Source: an uncultured virus (IMG/VR IMGVR_UViG_3300020056_000010) (Duplodnaviria > Heunggongvirae > Uroviricota > Caudoviricetes). Taken from it: DNA of 64,000 nt. The DNA is taken from IMG/VR virus record IMGVR_UViG_3300020056_000010; one strand, given 5' to 3'. Position 1 is the first letter of the stretch; every line of letters starts with the position of its first letter. Under the pieces are notes generated by a model. That model was not told the origin of the DNA. It did no database searches and saw only the letters and a list, made by a program, of their open reading frames with translations. The position numbers and the translations under genes were made by a program. Below, piece after piece: positions 55,109-64,000 of the stretch.

Positions 55109-55597
55109 ATGCAGTTGGACGAATTAAGAACAGACGTCGCACTTATTAAAAAAGACATTAAAACTATCGAAAGATATTTCGGTAAGTTTGATTCTGCATT
55201 AGAACAAATGGCAGAGATGTCTGAGCGAGTTGCAGTTCAAGGCGAGATGCTTAAGAATTGCCACGACAAGATCGAAGATCTTGAAGAAAGAATAGATATT
55301 CACAAACAAGAAGATGTTGCTCGCGCCGCTGTAATGACAGATCGCTTGGAGCAATATCGCATTTCTTCTAAGGAAGATCATCAAAGATTATCTGACCAAA
55401 ACGCTCTTAACAGGGCCGAACGTAATCGTGAGATTATGGAAGCTCTTGCTAAGCTAAACGGAGCGTTAGATCAAAGAATCAAAGATCAAGAAGGTCGAAT
55501 CAAGACTCTTGAAAACTGGAAATATTACATGATGGGTATAGGCGCGGTCGTAATGTTTATTGCGATGAAAATACAGTGGCCTACACTTTTTGGTTGA
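55109..55597 (+). CDS. Coiled-coil protein with C-terminal TM (possible lysis-related)
   Basis: Heptads, then LENWKYY and a hydrophobic tail. Confidence 0.6.
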   Translation: MQLDELRTDVALIKKDIKTIERYFGKFDSALEQMAEMSERVAVQGEMLKNCHDKIEDLEERIDIHKQEDVARAAVMTDRLEQYRISSKEDHQRLSDQNALNRAERNREIMEALAKLNGALDQRIKDQEGRIKTLENWKYYMMGIGAVVMFIAMKIQWPTLFG

Positions 55598-55649
55598 CAT
55601 TGTGTTGCACTAGTATATAATTATACTATACGTGAACACTGGATATATT

Positions 55650-56651
55650 ATGGTAGATTTTGTAGACATTCAATATGCTCAAATGTTGTCGGGCCGCCTC
55701 GACAACTTTCGAATACGGCATACTTCCCCTTATAAAATTAATTTTAGATGTCCAATTTGTGGTGACTCTCAAAAGTCCCGCTCTAAGGCCCGTGGTTGGC
55801 TTCTAGAAAAGGATAACAGGTTCACCTATTATTGCCATAACTGTGGCGCTTCACAGGGCTTCCAGTACTTTCTAAAGTCTATCGATCCACTACTCTATAA
55901 TGATTATGTTGCTGAGAAGTTTGTAAATAAAGCAAACAATACTATCAAAGATGACGTTACTCAGTTTCAAACTAAAAAGCCAGTCTTTCAGAAAGATCCT
56001 CTAAAAAAATTAAAAAAAGTGAGCCAACTCGCTCATAATCACGCGATCGTAAGATATATAAAGAAGAGGGGTATTCCACCTCATCATCATTATCGTCTTT
56101 ACTATGCACCAAAATTCAAAACTTGGATTAATGAAATTATCCCAAATAAGTTTGAACATGTCGGTAAAGATGAACCCCGTCTGGTGATCCCTTTCTTAGA
56201 TGAGAAAGGTAAAGTCTTCGGCGTTTCTGCTCGTGGGTTTAATCCTGACGGGATCAGATATATAACTATTATGTTTGATGAAAGGCCAAAGATCTTTGGT
56301 CTCGACAAAGTCAATTTTAACGAGCCTTACTATATAGTTGAAGGTGCGATTGACTCTTTCTTTTTGTCTAATGCCATCGCTATGAATGGCGCAGAAGGAA
56401 ACGGTAATGCTGCAAATGAACGTGCAATATACGTATTTGATGCTGAACCACGTAATAAAGAAATCCATAAACGTATGGATAAAGTGATTAAGAACGGTCA
56501 TAAGATTTGTATATGGCCAACCGATGTACCTGGCAAGGACATCAATGAAATGTATCTAAACGGTCTTAATGACATTGAAAAGATTATCGAAGATAATACT
56601 TATCAGGGTTTGCAAGCCGAATTGAAGTTTGCCGCATGGCGCAAAGTATAG
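55650..56651 (+). CDS. gp61: DNA primase
   Basis: CPICGDS...CHNCG, EG.IDS, FD.EPRN, KDINEM. Confidence 0.95.
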   Translation: MVDFVDIQYAQMLSGRLDNFRIRHTSPYKINFRCPICGDSQKSRSKARGWLLEKDNRFTYYCHNCGASQGFQYFLKSIDPLLYNDYVAEKFVNKANNTIKDDVTQFQTKKPVFQKDPLKKLKKVSQLAHNHAIVRYIKKRGIPPHHHYRLYYAPKFKTWINEIIPNKFEHVGKDEPRLVIPFLDEKGKVFGVSARGFNPDGIRYITIMFDERPKIFGLDKVNFNEPYYIVEGAIDSFFLSNAIAMNGAEGNGNAANERAIYVFDAEPRNKEIHKRMDKVIKNGHKICIWPTDVPGKDINEMYLNGLNDIEKIIEDNTYQGLQAELKFAAWRKV

Positions 56652-56663
56652 GAGTATTGAATT

Positions 56664-57350
56664 TTGCATGCACGACTTATTTCCCATAGCCAACCCGCAG
56701 GTCGTATCTACGCAGGAGAACCTGCATTCAAAGGATTGGAAAACATCCAGGACCTCATCGCATATTGCGCCCGTGTCTCGAATCCATCCAACCAAGCTAA
56801 CACCAAGACAACTCCAAAGTTACTTGGATATCTCATCAAACACAAACACTGGTCACCATTCGAAATGGCAAGCGCCTGCATCGAAGTCGAAACAACCAGA
56901 GACATCGCAAGACAGCTCCTCAGACACCGTTCGTTTTCATTTCAAGAGTTTTCTCAGCGGTATGCTGACGTTCGCGATCTTGGCGATGATTTTGTTCTAA
57001 GAGAGGCTCGTCTACAGGATACTAAGAATCGTCAAAATAGTATTGATGTAGATGATCCAAAGCTATCAGCAGAATGGAGAATGAGACAACAAGATGTAAT
57101 CGACAAGGCAAAAGAACATTACAATTGGGCTATTGCAAATGGTATTGCAAAGGAACAAGCAAGAGCTGTTTTGCCAGAAGGATTAACTAAATCACGTTTA
57201 TATGTTAATGGTACTATTCGTTCTTGGATTCATTTCATTGAATTGCGTTCAGGTAATGGAACACAAAAAGAACACATGGAGTTGGCTCGTGCAATTGCAG
57301 AAGCTATATCCAAAATTTATCCAGAAATAACCAATTTTGTTCAAGAATAA
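56664..57350 (+). CDS. thyX: Flavin-dependent thymidylate synthase
   Basis: HWSPFE, RHRSFSFQEFSQRY. Confidence 0.95.
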   Translation: MHARLISHSQPAGRIYAGEPAFKGLENIQDLIAYCARVSNPSNQANTKTTPKLLGYLIKHKHWSPFEMASACIEVETTRDIARQLLRHRSFSFQEFSQRYADVRDLGDDFVLREARLQDTKNRQNSIDVDDPKLSAEWRMRQQDVIDKAKEHYNWAIANGIAKEQARAVLPEGLTKSRLYVNGTIRSWIHFIELRSGNGTQKEHMELARAIAEAISKIYPEITNFVQE

Positions 57351-57394
57351 CTACATATAGTTAAAAAATACGTAATAAATACTACATGTTGAGA
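57348..57394 (+). promoter_or_regulatory. Tandem NrdR-box-like sites flanking a late promoter
   Basis: TAACTACATATAGTTA and ATACTACATGTTGAGA, starts 31 bp apart; AATAAATA at 57374-57381. Confidence 0.65.
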
Positions 57395-57411
57395 GAGAAG
57401 GAAAATGAAGC

Positions 57412-59709
57412 ATGCTGCAGGTCGTAAAGCGTGACGGGTCAAAAGAAGAATTAAATATCGAAAAACTACACAAGGTTGTCTTTTTTGCTTGTGATGGAAT
57501 TTCAGGAGTAAGCCCGTCAGAAGTTGAAATCAAAAGTCAAATTCAGTTTTTTAATGGTATGACGACAAAGGAAATTCAAGAAACCTTAATTAAAGCAGCA
57601 GCTGACTTAATTTCTGAAGAAACACCAAACTATCAATATGTTGGCGGTCGCTTAGTAAACTATGCGCTTCGTAAAGAAGTGTACGATCATTACGAGCCTT
57701 GTCACGTAAAAGAACTTGTCGAGCGTAATATTGAGATGGGATTTTACGATCCTGAATTGATTACATATTACGATGATGATGAGTGGGACAAGATTAACGG
57801 ATTCATCAAGCACCAGCGAGATGAGAATCTTACATACGTTGCTATGGAACAGTTGCGCGGCAAGTACCTTTGTCAAAACAGAGTAACTGGCGAAATTTTT
57901 GAAACACCACAAATGTGTTACATTTTGATTGCTGCTACTCTTTTCAATAACTACCCAAAAGAAACCCGTTTGAAATGGATTAAGGACTATTATGACGCTA
58001 TCTCTCTTCACGATATCAGCCTTCCTACTCCTGTTATGGCAGGTGTACGTACTCCTCAACGACAGTTTAGCTCCTGTGTTCTTATCGAGACTGATGACTC
58101 TCTTGACAGCATTAATGCTACTTCTAGTAGCATCGTTAAGTACGTATCCCAAAAAGCAGGAATCGGTATTGGGGCTGGTTCAATCCGCGCTATTGGATCA
58201 CCTATCCGCAAGGGCGACGCCTATCACACAGGAGTAATTCCTTTCTATAAGCACTTCCAATCCGCAACCAAGTCTTGTTCTCAAGGCGGTGTTCGTGGAG
58301 GTGCTGCAACATTGTACTATCCAATCTGGCACTATGAAGTAGAAGATCTTCTTGTATTGAAAAACAATAAAGGTACTGAAGATAATCGTGTTCGACATAT
58401 GGATTACGGAGTACAGTTTAACAAGCTAATGTACGAGCGTTTGATTACAGGCGGCGAGATTACTTTGTTCTCTCCTGCAGATGTTCCCGGCTTGTATGAA
58501 GCCTTCTTTGCAGACCAAGATAAGTTTCGTGAACTATATGAAACTGCTGAGCGCAACACTCGCCTTCGTAAGAAGTCTATTCCTGCTGCTCAACTCTTTT
58601 CTATGTTTATGGAAGAACGTAAAAACACAGGTCGTATCTATCTACAAAACGTTGATAATGCAAACGATCATGGATCATTTATTCCAGAAGTTGCACCTAT
58701 TCGCCAATCAAATCTTTGTGCTGAGATCGACTTGCCAACTAAACCATTGAATGATATCAATGATCCGGACGGTGAGATTAGTCTATGTACATTGTCTGCA
58801 ATTAACTGGGGTAACGTAAAATCTCCAGAAGATTTTGAAAAAGCATGTACACTTGCTGTCCGCGGTCTAGATGCTTTGCTTTCATATCAAAACTATCCAA
58901 TCCTAGCTGCTCAGTTGTCTACTGAAAAACGCCGTCCTATTGGTGTTGGTATTATTAACTTTGCTTATTGGATGGCCAAGCATGATCTATCCTATCAAGA
59001 CATCACTCCAGAGGGGCTAGAATTGGTCGATGAGTACGCTGAGGCATGGTCATACTATTTAATTAAGGCTTCTGCTGATTTAGCTGTTGACATGGGATCT
59101 ATTCCTGGTATTATGGAAACTAAGTATGGACATGGAATCACTCCTAACCAAACTTATAAGAAAGATCTTGACGAACTTGTTAAGCATAAAGAACGCATGG
59201 ATTGGAAAGGATTACGTAAACAGCTCAAAAATACAGGTATTCGTAACTCTACACTTATGGCTCTTATGCCTTCGGAAACATCTGCTCAGGTGGCAAATGC
59301 AACAAACGGTATTGAACCGCCTCGTAGTTTGATTTCTGTAAAACAATCTAAACACGGTGTATTGAAGCAAGTTGTGCCTCAGTACTTCCACTTTAAAAAT
59401 AAGTATGATCTACTATGGGATCAAAAATCTCCTCAAGGTTATCTAAAGATTATGGCAGTATTGCAAAAGTATATTGATCAAGGTATCTCAGTCAATACTA
59501 GTTACAACCCACAATTCTTTGAGGACGAGAAAATTCCAATGAGTGTTCTTCTACAAGACCTACTTATGTTCTATAAGTATGGTGGAAAGCAACTCTATTA
59601 CTTTAATACTTATGATGGCCAAGGCGAGCTTGACGTTGACAAGATGACTGAAGAAGCTTTACCACAAGGTGAACTAGACGACGCAGACTGCGAAAGCTGC
59701 ACTATTTAA
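57412..59709 (+). CDS. nrdA: Ribonucleotide reductase class Ia alpha subunit
   Basis: ATP cone VVKRDG, FSSC, SNLCAEI, LYY, CESC. Confidence 0.97.
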   Translation: MLQVVKRDGSKEELNIEKLHKVVFFACDGISGVSPSEVEIKSQIQFFNGMTTKEIQETLIKAAADLISEETPNYQYVGGRLVNYALRKEVYDHYEPCHVKELVERNIEMGFYDPELITYYDDDEWDKINGFIKHQRDENLTYVAMEQLRGKYLCQNRVTGEIFETPQMCYILIAATLFNNYPKETRLKWIKDYYDAISLHDISLPTPVMAGVRTPQRQFSSCVLIETDDSLDSINATSSSIVKYVSQKAGIGIGAGSIRAIGSPIRKGDAYHTGVIPFYKHFQSATKSCSQGGVRGGAATLYYPIWHYEVEDLLVLKNNKGTEDNRVRHMDYGVQFNKLMYERLITGGEITLFSPADVPGLYEAFFADQDKFRELYETAERNTRLRKKSIPAAQLFSMFMEERKNTGRIYLQNVDNANDHGSFIPEVAPIRQSNLCAEIDLPTKPLNDINDPDGEISLCTLSAINWGNVKSPEDFEKACTLAVRGLDALLSYQNYPILAAQLSTEKRRPIGVGIINFAYWMAKHDLSYQDITPEGLELVDEYAEAWSYYLIKASADLAVDMGSIPGIMETKYGHGITPNQTYKKDLDELVKHKERMDWKGLRKQLKNTGIRNSTLMALMPSETSAQVANATNGIEPPRSLISVKQSKHGVLKQVVPQYFHFKNKYDLLWDQKSPQGYLKIMAVLQKYIDQGISVNTSYNPQFFEDEKIPMSVLLQDLLMFYKYGGKQLYYFNTYDGQGELDVDKMTEEALPQGELDDADCESCTI

Positions 59710-59732
59710 CATTTAAACATAAAGGAATTCAA

Positions 59733-60878
59733 ATGAGCGTTTTTGACGTACAAAACCGTGTTGACCATACATCTGTCGCATCTTTTCTAGATCCCAGCGG
59801 TGGCCCAACGATTCAACGTTATGACACTTTGAAGTACAAACAGTTTGATCAGTTGACTGACAAACAACTAGGATTCTTTTGGCGCCCTGAAGAAGTAGAC
59901 ATCTATCAGGATGCTAAGGATTTTAAAGCACTTACATCACACGAGCAACACATCTTTACTTCAAACTTGAAGCGTCAAATTTTGCTCGATTCTGTACAAG
60001 GCCGTGCTCCGGCTGAAAGCTTTGGTAGTATTGTTTCATTGCCTGAGCTTGAGAACTGGATCATTACTTGGACATTCTCTGAAACAATTCATAGCCGTTC
60101 ATACACTCATATTATTCGCAATGTATATTCTAACCCATCTAAAATCTTTGATGAGATGCTAGACATTCAAGAAATTATCGATTGTGCTGACGATATTTCT
60201 AAACACTACGACGATCTCATTCAGATGGCGGGGTGGTATAATCTTCTTGGTGAAGGTACCTTTGAATTGAATCAAAAGGGTATGAAAGAAGGTACTGAAG
60301 TTAAGGTTGATTTGTATGAACTTAAGAAAAAGCTTTGGCTAACTCTTATGAGTGTTAACATTCTAGAGGGAGTACGATTCTATGTCTCTTTTGCTTGCTC
60401 TTGGGCTTTTGCGGAACTTAAGAAGATGGAAGGAAACGCGAAAATTATCAAACTAATTGCTCGCGATGAGAATCTACACCTTGCATCTACTCAAATGATG
60501 TTGAAACTACTTCGTAAGGAAGATCCAGACTTTGAGAAGATTGCTGCAGAAACAGAACAAGAATGTATTCAAATGTTTGTAGACGCCGTAGATCAAGAGA
60601 AAGCTTGGGCAGAGTATTTGTTTAAAGATGGCTCAATGATTGGTTTGAATACGGAACTTCTAAGTCAATACATTGAATTCATTGCATCAAAACGAATGAC
60701 AAATGTAAAGTTAGAGTCTCCATACGGTAAACCTCAAAATCCGTTGCCGTGGACTCAAAAATGGATTTCAGGAGCAGAGGTACAGGTTGCACCTCAAGAA
60801 ACTGAAATTACTAGTTATGTACAAGGTGGAACTAAACAGGACGTATCAACAGACACATTCAAAGGATTCAGCTTATGA
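59733..60878 (+). CDS. nrdB: Ribonucleotide reductase class Ia beta subunit
   Basis: FFWRPEE, ETIHSRSY, EGVRFY, RDENLH. Confidence 0.97.
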   Translation: MSVFDVQNRVDHTSVASFLDPSGGPTIQRYDTLKYKQFDQLTDKQLGFFWRPEEVDIYQDAKDFKALTSHEQHIFTSNLKRQILLDSVQGRAPAESFGSIVSLPELENWIITWTFSETIHSRSYTHIIRNVYSNPSKIFDEMLDIQEIIDCADDISKHYDDLIQMAGWYNLLGEGTFELNQKGMKEGTEVKVDLYELKKKLWLTLMSVNILEGVRFYVSFACSWAFAELKKMEGNAKIIKLIARDENLHLASTQMMLKLLRKEDPDFEKIAAETEQECIQMFVDAVDQEKAWAEYLFKDGSMIGLNTELLSQYIEFIASKRMTNVKLESPYGKPQNPLPWTQKWISGAEVQVAPQETEITSYVQGGTKQDVSTDTFKGFSL

Positions 60879-61126
60879 TTTACATATGGGGAAAGGCAGC
60901 ATGCCCTAGCTGCGAAAAAGCAAAACGTACACTAGATACGCATAACATCAAATATGAATATCGCCAACTCGGTGTAGACTTTGAACGAGAAGATGTCATT
61001 GCAGAGTTTCCAGAAGCTCGTACATTTCCGCAAATTGTTATCAACGGTCAAAAGATTGGTGGCTATGAACAAATGGTGAAATATATCGAGGATACTGGAT
61101 ATACAGGAACTGGATATTCATTATAA
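60875..61126 (+). CDS. nrdC: Glutaredoxin
   Basis: CPSC, TFPQI, IGGY. Confidence 0.9.
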   Translation: MIYIWGKAACPSCEKAKRTLDTHNIKYEYRQLGVDFEREDVIAEFPEARTFPQIVINGQKIGGYEQMVKYIEDTGYTGTGYSL

Positions 61127-61156
61127 ATACTTAAAAACAATTAAGAGTATTTGTAA
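61121..61156 (+). promoter_or_regulatory. Late promoter embedded in a hairpin covering the hemA initiation region
   Basis: TTATAAATACT pairs with AGTATTTGTAA. Confidence 0.6.
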
Positions 61157-62358
61157 TGGACCGCGACCTACTACATTATTTTGAGCAGACTATTGGTGAC
61201 TTCAAAGAAGATGGTCGCTATCGTGTATTTAACGATATTATAAGAGAAAGGGGGCAGTTTCCAAAAGCCATTTGGTATGGGAAATATGCCCCTAAAAACA
61301 TTGTGAACTGGTGTTCTAATGACTATCTTGGCATGGGCCAAAATGAATACGTCATTAGTGCAATGCATACAGCATTAGATCAAACCGGCGCTGGTTCTGG
61401 TGGCACTCGTAACATTGGTGGTACATCTCAGTATCATGTTACACTTGAAAGAGAGCTTGCAACATTACATAATAAAGAAGCAGCTCTCTTGTTTTCTTCG
61501 GCATATGTAGCCAACGAATGGGCCCTTGTTGCTCTGAGTAGAATAATTCCAAACATTTGTTTTATCTCTGATAATAAAAATCATGCTTCTATTATTATGG
61601 GAGTGAAACACAGCAGAGCTGACAAGATTATCTTTCCACACAATGATATGGATGAACTTGAGTTAGCTTTGCAAACCGCAACAATGTCTAATCAGACACC
61701 TGTTATTGTTTTTGAATCAGTTTATAGTATGGATGGAGACGTAGCACCAATTGAAGATATTTGCGACCTTGCAGACAAGTATGGCGCAATCACCTATATA
61801 GATGAGGTACACGCAGTAGGAATGTATGGCGATACGGGAGCAGGATACTGCGAATGGTTAGGCGTACAACATAGGATTGATATAATCAATGGAACATTGG
61901 GAAAAGCCTTTGGGGTTCAAGGTGGTTATATTGCTGGCAATAGTGCTGTTATTGACGCTATTCGGTCCGTGGCTTCTGGGTTCATCTTTACAACAAGTAT
62001 CTCGCCCGTCCTCTGCGCAGGAGCAATCGCCGCCATCAAATATCTCCGTGACGCTACCGGATTAAGAAAACAGCACCAGAAAAAGGCGGAACAATTAAAA
62101 TATATGTTAGGAGCTGCTGAGATTCCAGTTCATCAAAATGCTTGCACCCATATTGTACCAGTGATGGTAAATGATGCATTTAGATGTAAAACTGCGAGTG
62201 ACCGTCTATTGAATGAGTTTGGAATTTATATACAACCTATAAATAGTCCGACAGTTGAAGTTGGTACAGAAAGATTGCGTATAGCTCCTACTCCATATCA
62301 TACTGATGTTATGATGGTAGAACTAGTGACAGCTTTGAAAAAGGTATTACATAAATGA
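61156..62358 (+). CDS. hemA: 5-aminolevulinate synthase
   Basis: [46 protein letters not shown]. Confidence 0.93.
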   Translation: MDRDLLHYFEQTIGDFKEDGRYRVFNDIIRERGQFPKAIWYGKYAPKNIVNWCSNDYLGMGQNEYVISAMHTALDQTGAGSGGTRNIGGTSQYHVTLERELATLHNKEAALLFSSAYVANEWALVALSRIIPNICFISDNKNHASIIMGVKHSRADKIIFPHNDMDELELALQTATMSNQTPVIVFESVYSMDGDVAPIEDICDLADKYGAITYIDEVHAVGMYGDTGAGYCEWLGVQHRIDIINGTLGKAFGVQGGYIAGNSAVIDAIRSVASGFIFTTSISPVLCAGAIAAIKYLRDATGLRKQHQKKAEQLKYMLGAAEIPVHQNACTHIVPVMVNDAFRCKTASDRLLNEFGIYIQPINSPTVEVGTERLRIAPTPYHTDVMMVELVTALKKVLHK

Positions 62359-62831
62359 ATCAACTTGAAGCCGCATTTTTCGGCAAAACATTATGGAAGA
62401 AAGAGAGTAAAATGACTAAATTGAAAAAAGCATTCTGGTTCGTATGTGGAATGCTATGTTTAGGTATTGCATATCTAGGCGTAATTCTACCAGGTATTCC
62501 GTGGAGTACTCCGATCCTTGGCGCAGCATTCTGCTTTGCTAAGTCGAGCGAAAAGTTCCACAACTGGATTATGAACCACAAAACATTTGGCCCATTCATT
62601 ACAGAATGGCAAACATATAAAGTATATCCACAAAAAGCAAAGTATATTATGATGGCAGTCATGTCGACTTCGTTGGCTGTGATGTACTTTGGAACTGGCA
62701 ATCCTATGGCAACATTATACTTGTTTATTTTGTTTGCTTTGATTGTCACTTGGGCATGGAGATTTCCAGGCTCGAAAGAAGAAGCACAGCGTCGTATTGA
62801 TGCGGGAGAGAAGCTTGGCTGGTTAAAGTAA
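62355..62831 (+). CDS. ybaN: YbaN/DUF454 inner-membrane protein
   Basis: G..LPG.P.STP...AA.CFAKSS..FH.W...HK.FGP.I. Confidence 0.85.
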   Translation: MNQLEAAFFGKTLWKKESKMTKLKKAFWFVCGMLCLGIAYLGVILPGIPWSTPILGAAFCFAKSSEKFHNWIMNHKTFGPFITEWQTYKVYPQKAKYIMMAVMSTSLAVMYFGTGNPMATLYLFILFALIVTWAWRFPGSKEEAQRRIDAGEKLGWLK

Positions 62832-63397
62832 TGCATTGGACTCTAGATACACATAAGAACATGTACCCAAACAATTTCAATGATGGGATGAATCGTTGGG
62901 TAGTTGAAAATCTTAAACCGACAACGGTTTTAGAATTTGGCTGTGGAATTGGTTGGTATTGCGAGTTCTTTGCTAATCATGGAGTCCAAACAGTACATGG
63001 CATCGAACCGGCTCCTATGGATCCTGAGAAGTTTTCACATGAAAATGCTACTCAGTTTACTTGGGATGCTACAGTAGATCCCGAACCAGAAGGTATCCTG
63101 CCAGAGTATGACATGATTTTTTCTGTAGAAGTAATGGAACATGTCGCTCGTCAGTATCATACAAAGATTATCGATTGGATGCATTCTAAAAATCCTCGCG
63201 TAGTGGTTTTCTCGGCAGCAACACCAGGCCAAGGTGGTCACGGTCATATTGCTGAGAGACCACAGGCCGAGTGGGTAGGAGAATGGACCAGCAGAGGATA
63301 TGCCGTAGATACTGAGCTTACGAAACAAATTAAGGCTTCTTGCAATAGAAGAAATATTAATCACGTTAAGAATTTACACGTGTACAAACCGATATAA
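62831..63397 (+). CDS. Class I SAM-dependent methyltransferase
   Basis: LEFGCGIG, EVMEH, SAA.PGQGG.GH. Confidence 0.85.
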   Translation: MHWTLDTHKNMYPNNFNDGMNRWVVENLKPTTVLEFGCGIGWYCEFFANHGVQTVHGIEPAPMDPEKFSHENATQFTWDATVDPEPEGILPEYDMIFSVEVMEHVARQYHTKIIDWMHSKNPRVVVFSAATPGQGGHGHIAERPQAEWVGEWTSRGYAVDTELTKQIKASCNRRNINHVKNLHVYKPI

Positions 63398-63433
63398 ATA
63401 AAAGTATATTATGACTTTGATGAAGGAGATATT

Positions 63434-64000
63434 ATGGCAAAGCGCATTCTCATTACGGGTGGCGGTGGTTTCATTGCGCACCACCTAATTAACCAAGTAC
63501 TTATCCGAACAGACTGGGATGTTGTTACACTAGATCGTCTAGATTATAGTGGCAATCTAAATCGTTTGCATGATCTTCTTCAAGATCGTACCCCAGCTGA
63601 ACGCAAACGAGTTCGTACAATTTACCACGATTTGAAAGCAGAAATCAACCCAATGCTCGAAGCAGACATTGGCCCAGTTGATATTGTTGCACACCTTGCA
63701 GCAGGTTCTCATGTGGATCGTTCTATTGAACGTCCTATGGAATTTGTAATGGATAACGTCGTAGGTACATGTAATATTCTAGACTATGCTCGCCGTCAGG
63801 ATAACCTAGAAAGATTCTTGTATTTCTCAACAGACGAAGTATTCGGTCCTGCCCCTGAAGGTGTCAAGTATGATGAGTATGATCGTTATAACTCAACAAA
63901 CCCATACTCAGCATCTAAAGCAGGTGGTGAGGAACTCGCCGTAGCATATCAGAACACTTATAATATGCCAATCTATATTACGCATACTATGAACGTGTTC
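63434..64000 (+). CDS. rfbB: dTDP-glucose 4,6-dehydratase-like SDR (partial)
   Basis: GGGGFIA, HLAAGSHVDRS, STDEV.G, PYSASKA. Confidence 0.88.
   Translation, partial: MAKRILITGGGGFIAHHLINQVLIRTDWDVVTLDRLDYSGNLNRLHDLLQDRTPAERKRVRTIYHDLKAEINPMLEADIGPVDIVAHLAAGSHVDRSIERPMEFVMDNVVGTCNILDYARRQDNLERFLYFSTDEVFGPAPEGVKYDEYDRYNSTNPYSASKAGGEELAVAYQNTYNMPIYITHTMNVF

Noticed and set aside
26426..60878. Inteins or introns in gp43, gp41, nrdA and nrdB
   Set aside because: Lengths are ordinary and no splice-junction motifs are seen.
16244..63364. Numerous 60-170 aa opposite-strand or alternate-frame ORFs inside core genes
   Set aside because: Shadow ORFs without RBS or motifs. Only the o-spanin overlap is supported.
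1..64000. CRISPR array, integrase, transposase, rRNA, reverse transcriptase
   Set aside because: No repeat-spacer periodicity or diagnostic motifs were seen.

Overview
64 kb of a large lytic T4-like myovirus (Tevenvirinae/Kyanoviridae-like core) with AT-rich DNA. The host is probably a marine alphaproteobacterium, judged from the Shemin-type hemA, the permuted two-piece tmRNA with an ANDN..ALAA tag, DUF1127 and an alpha-type porin. Core replication, recombination and transcription genes are present: topoisomerase gp39+60/gp52, gp3, uvsY, uvsW, gp55, gp47/46, gp43, gp33, gp59, gp32, uvsX, gp41, gp61, thyX, nrdAB and glutaredoxin. The window also holds a lysis cassette, tRNA-Thr and tRNA-Arg, glycan-modifying enzymes and auxiliary metabolic genes (hemA, heme oxygenase, bilin reductase, iscA, PiT-like transporter). 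Main unexplained signals: (1) a ~360-nt structured ncRNA with its own promoter and terminator; (2) a permuted tmRNA whose intervening segment carries a Trp-rich 43-aa ORF with its own RBS; (3) a late six-gene envelope operon with pilin-like and chaperone-like genes but no usher; (4) unannotated metallothionein-like micro-ORFs; (5) late promoters paired with host-regulator-like boxes (NrdR, PhoB, LacI); (6) putative capsid-targeted polyproteins. All calls come from reading motifs by eye; no database searches were run.
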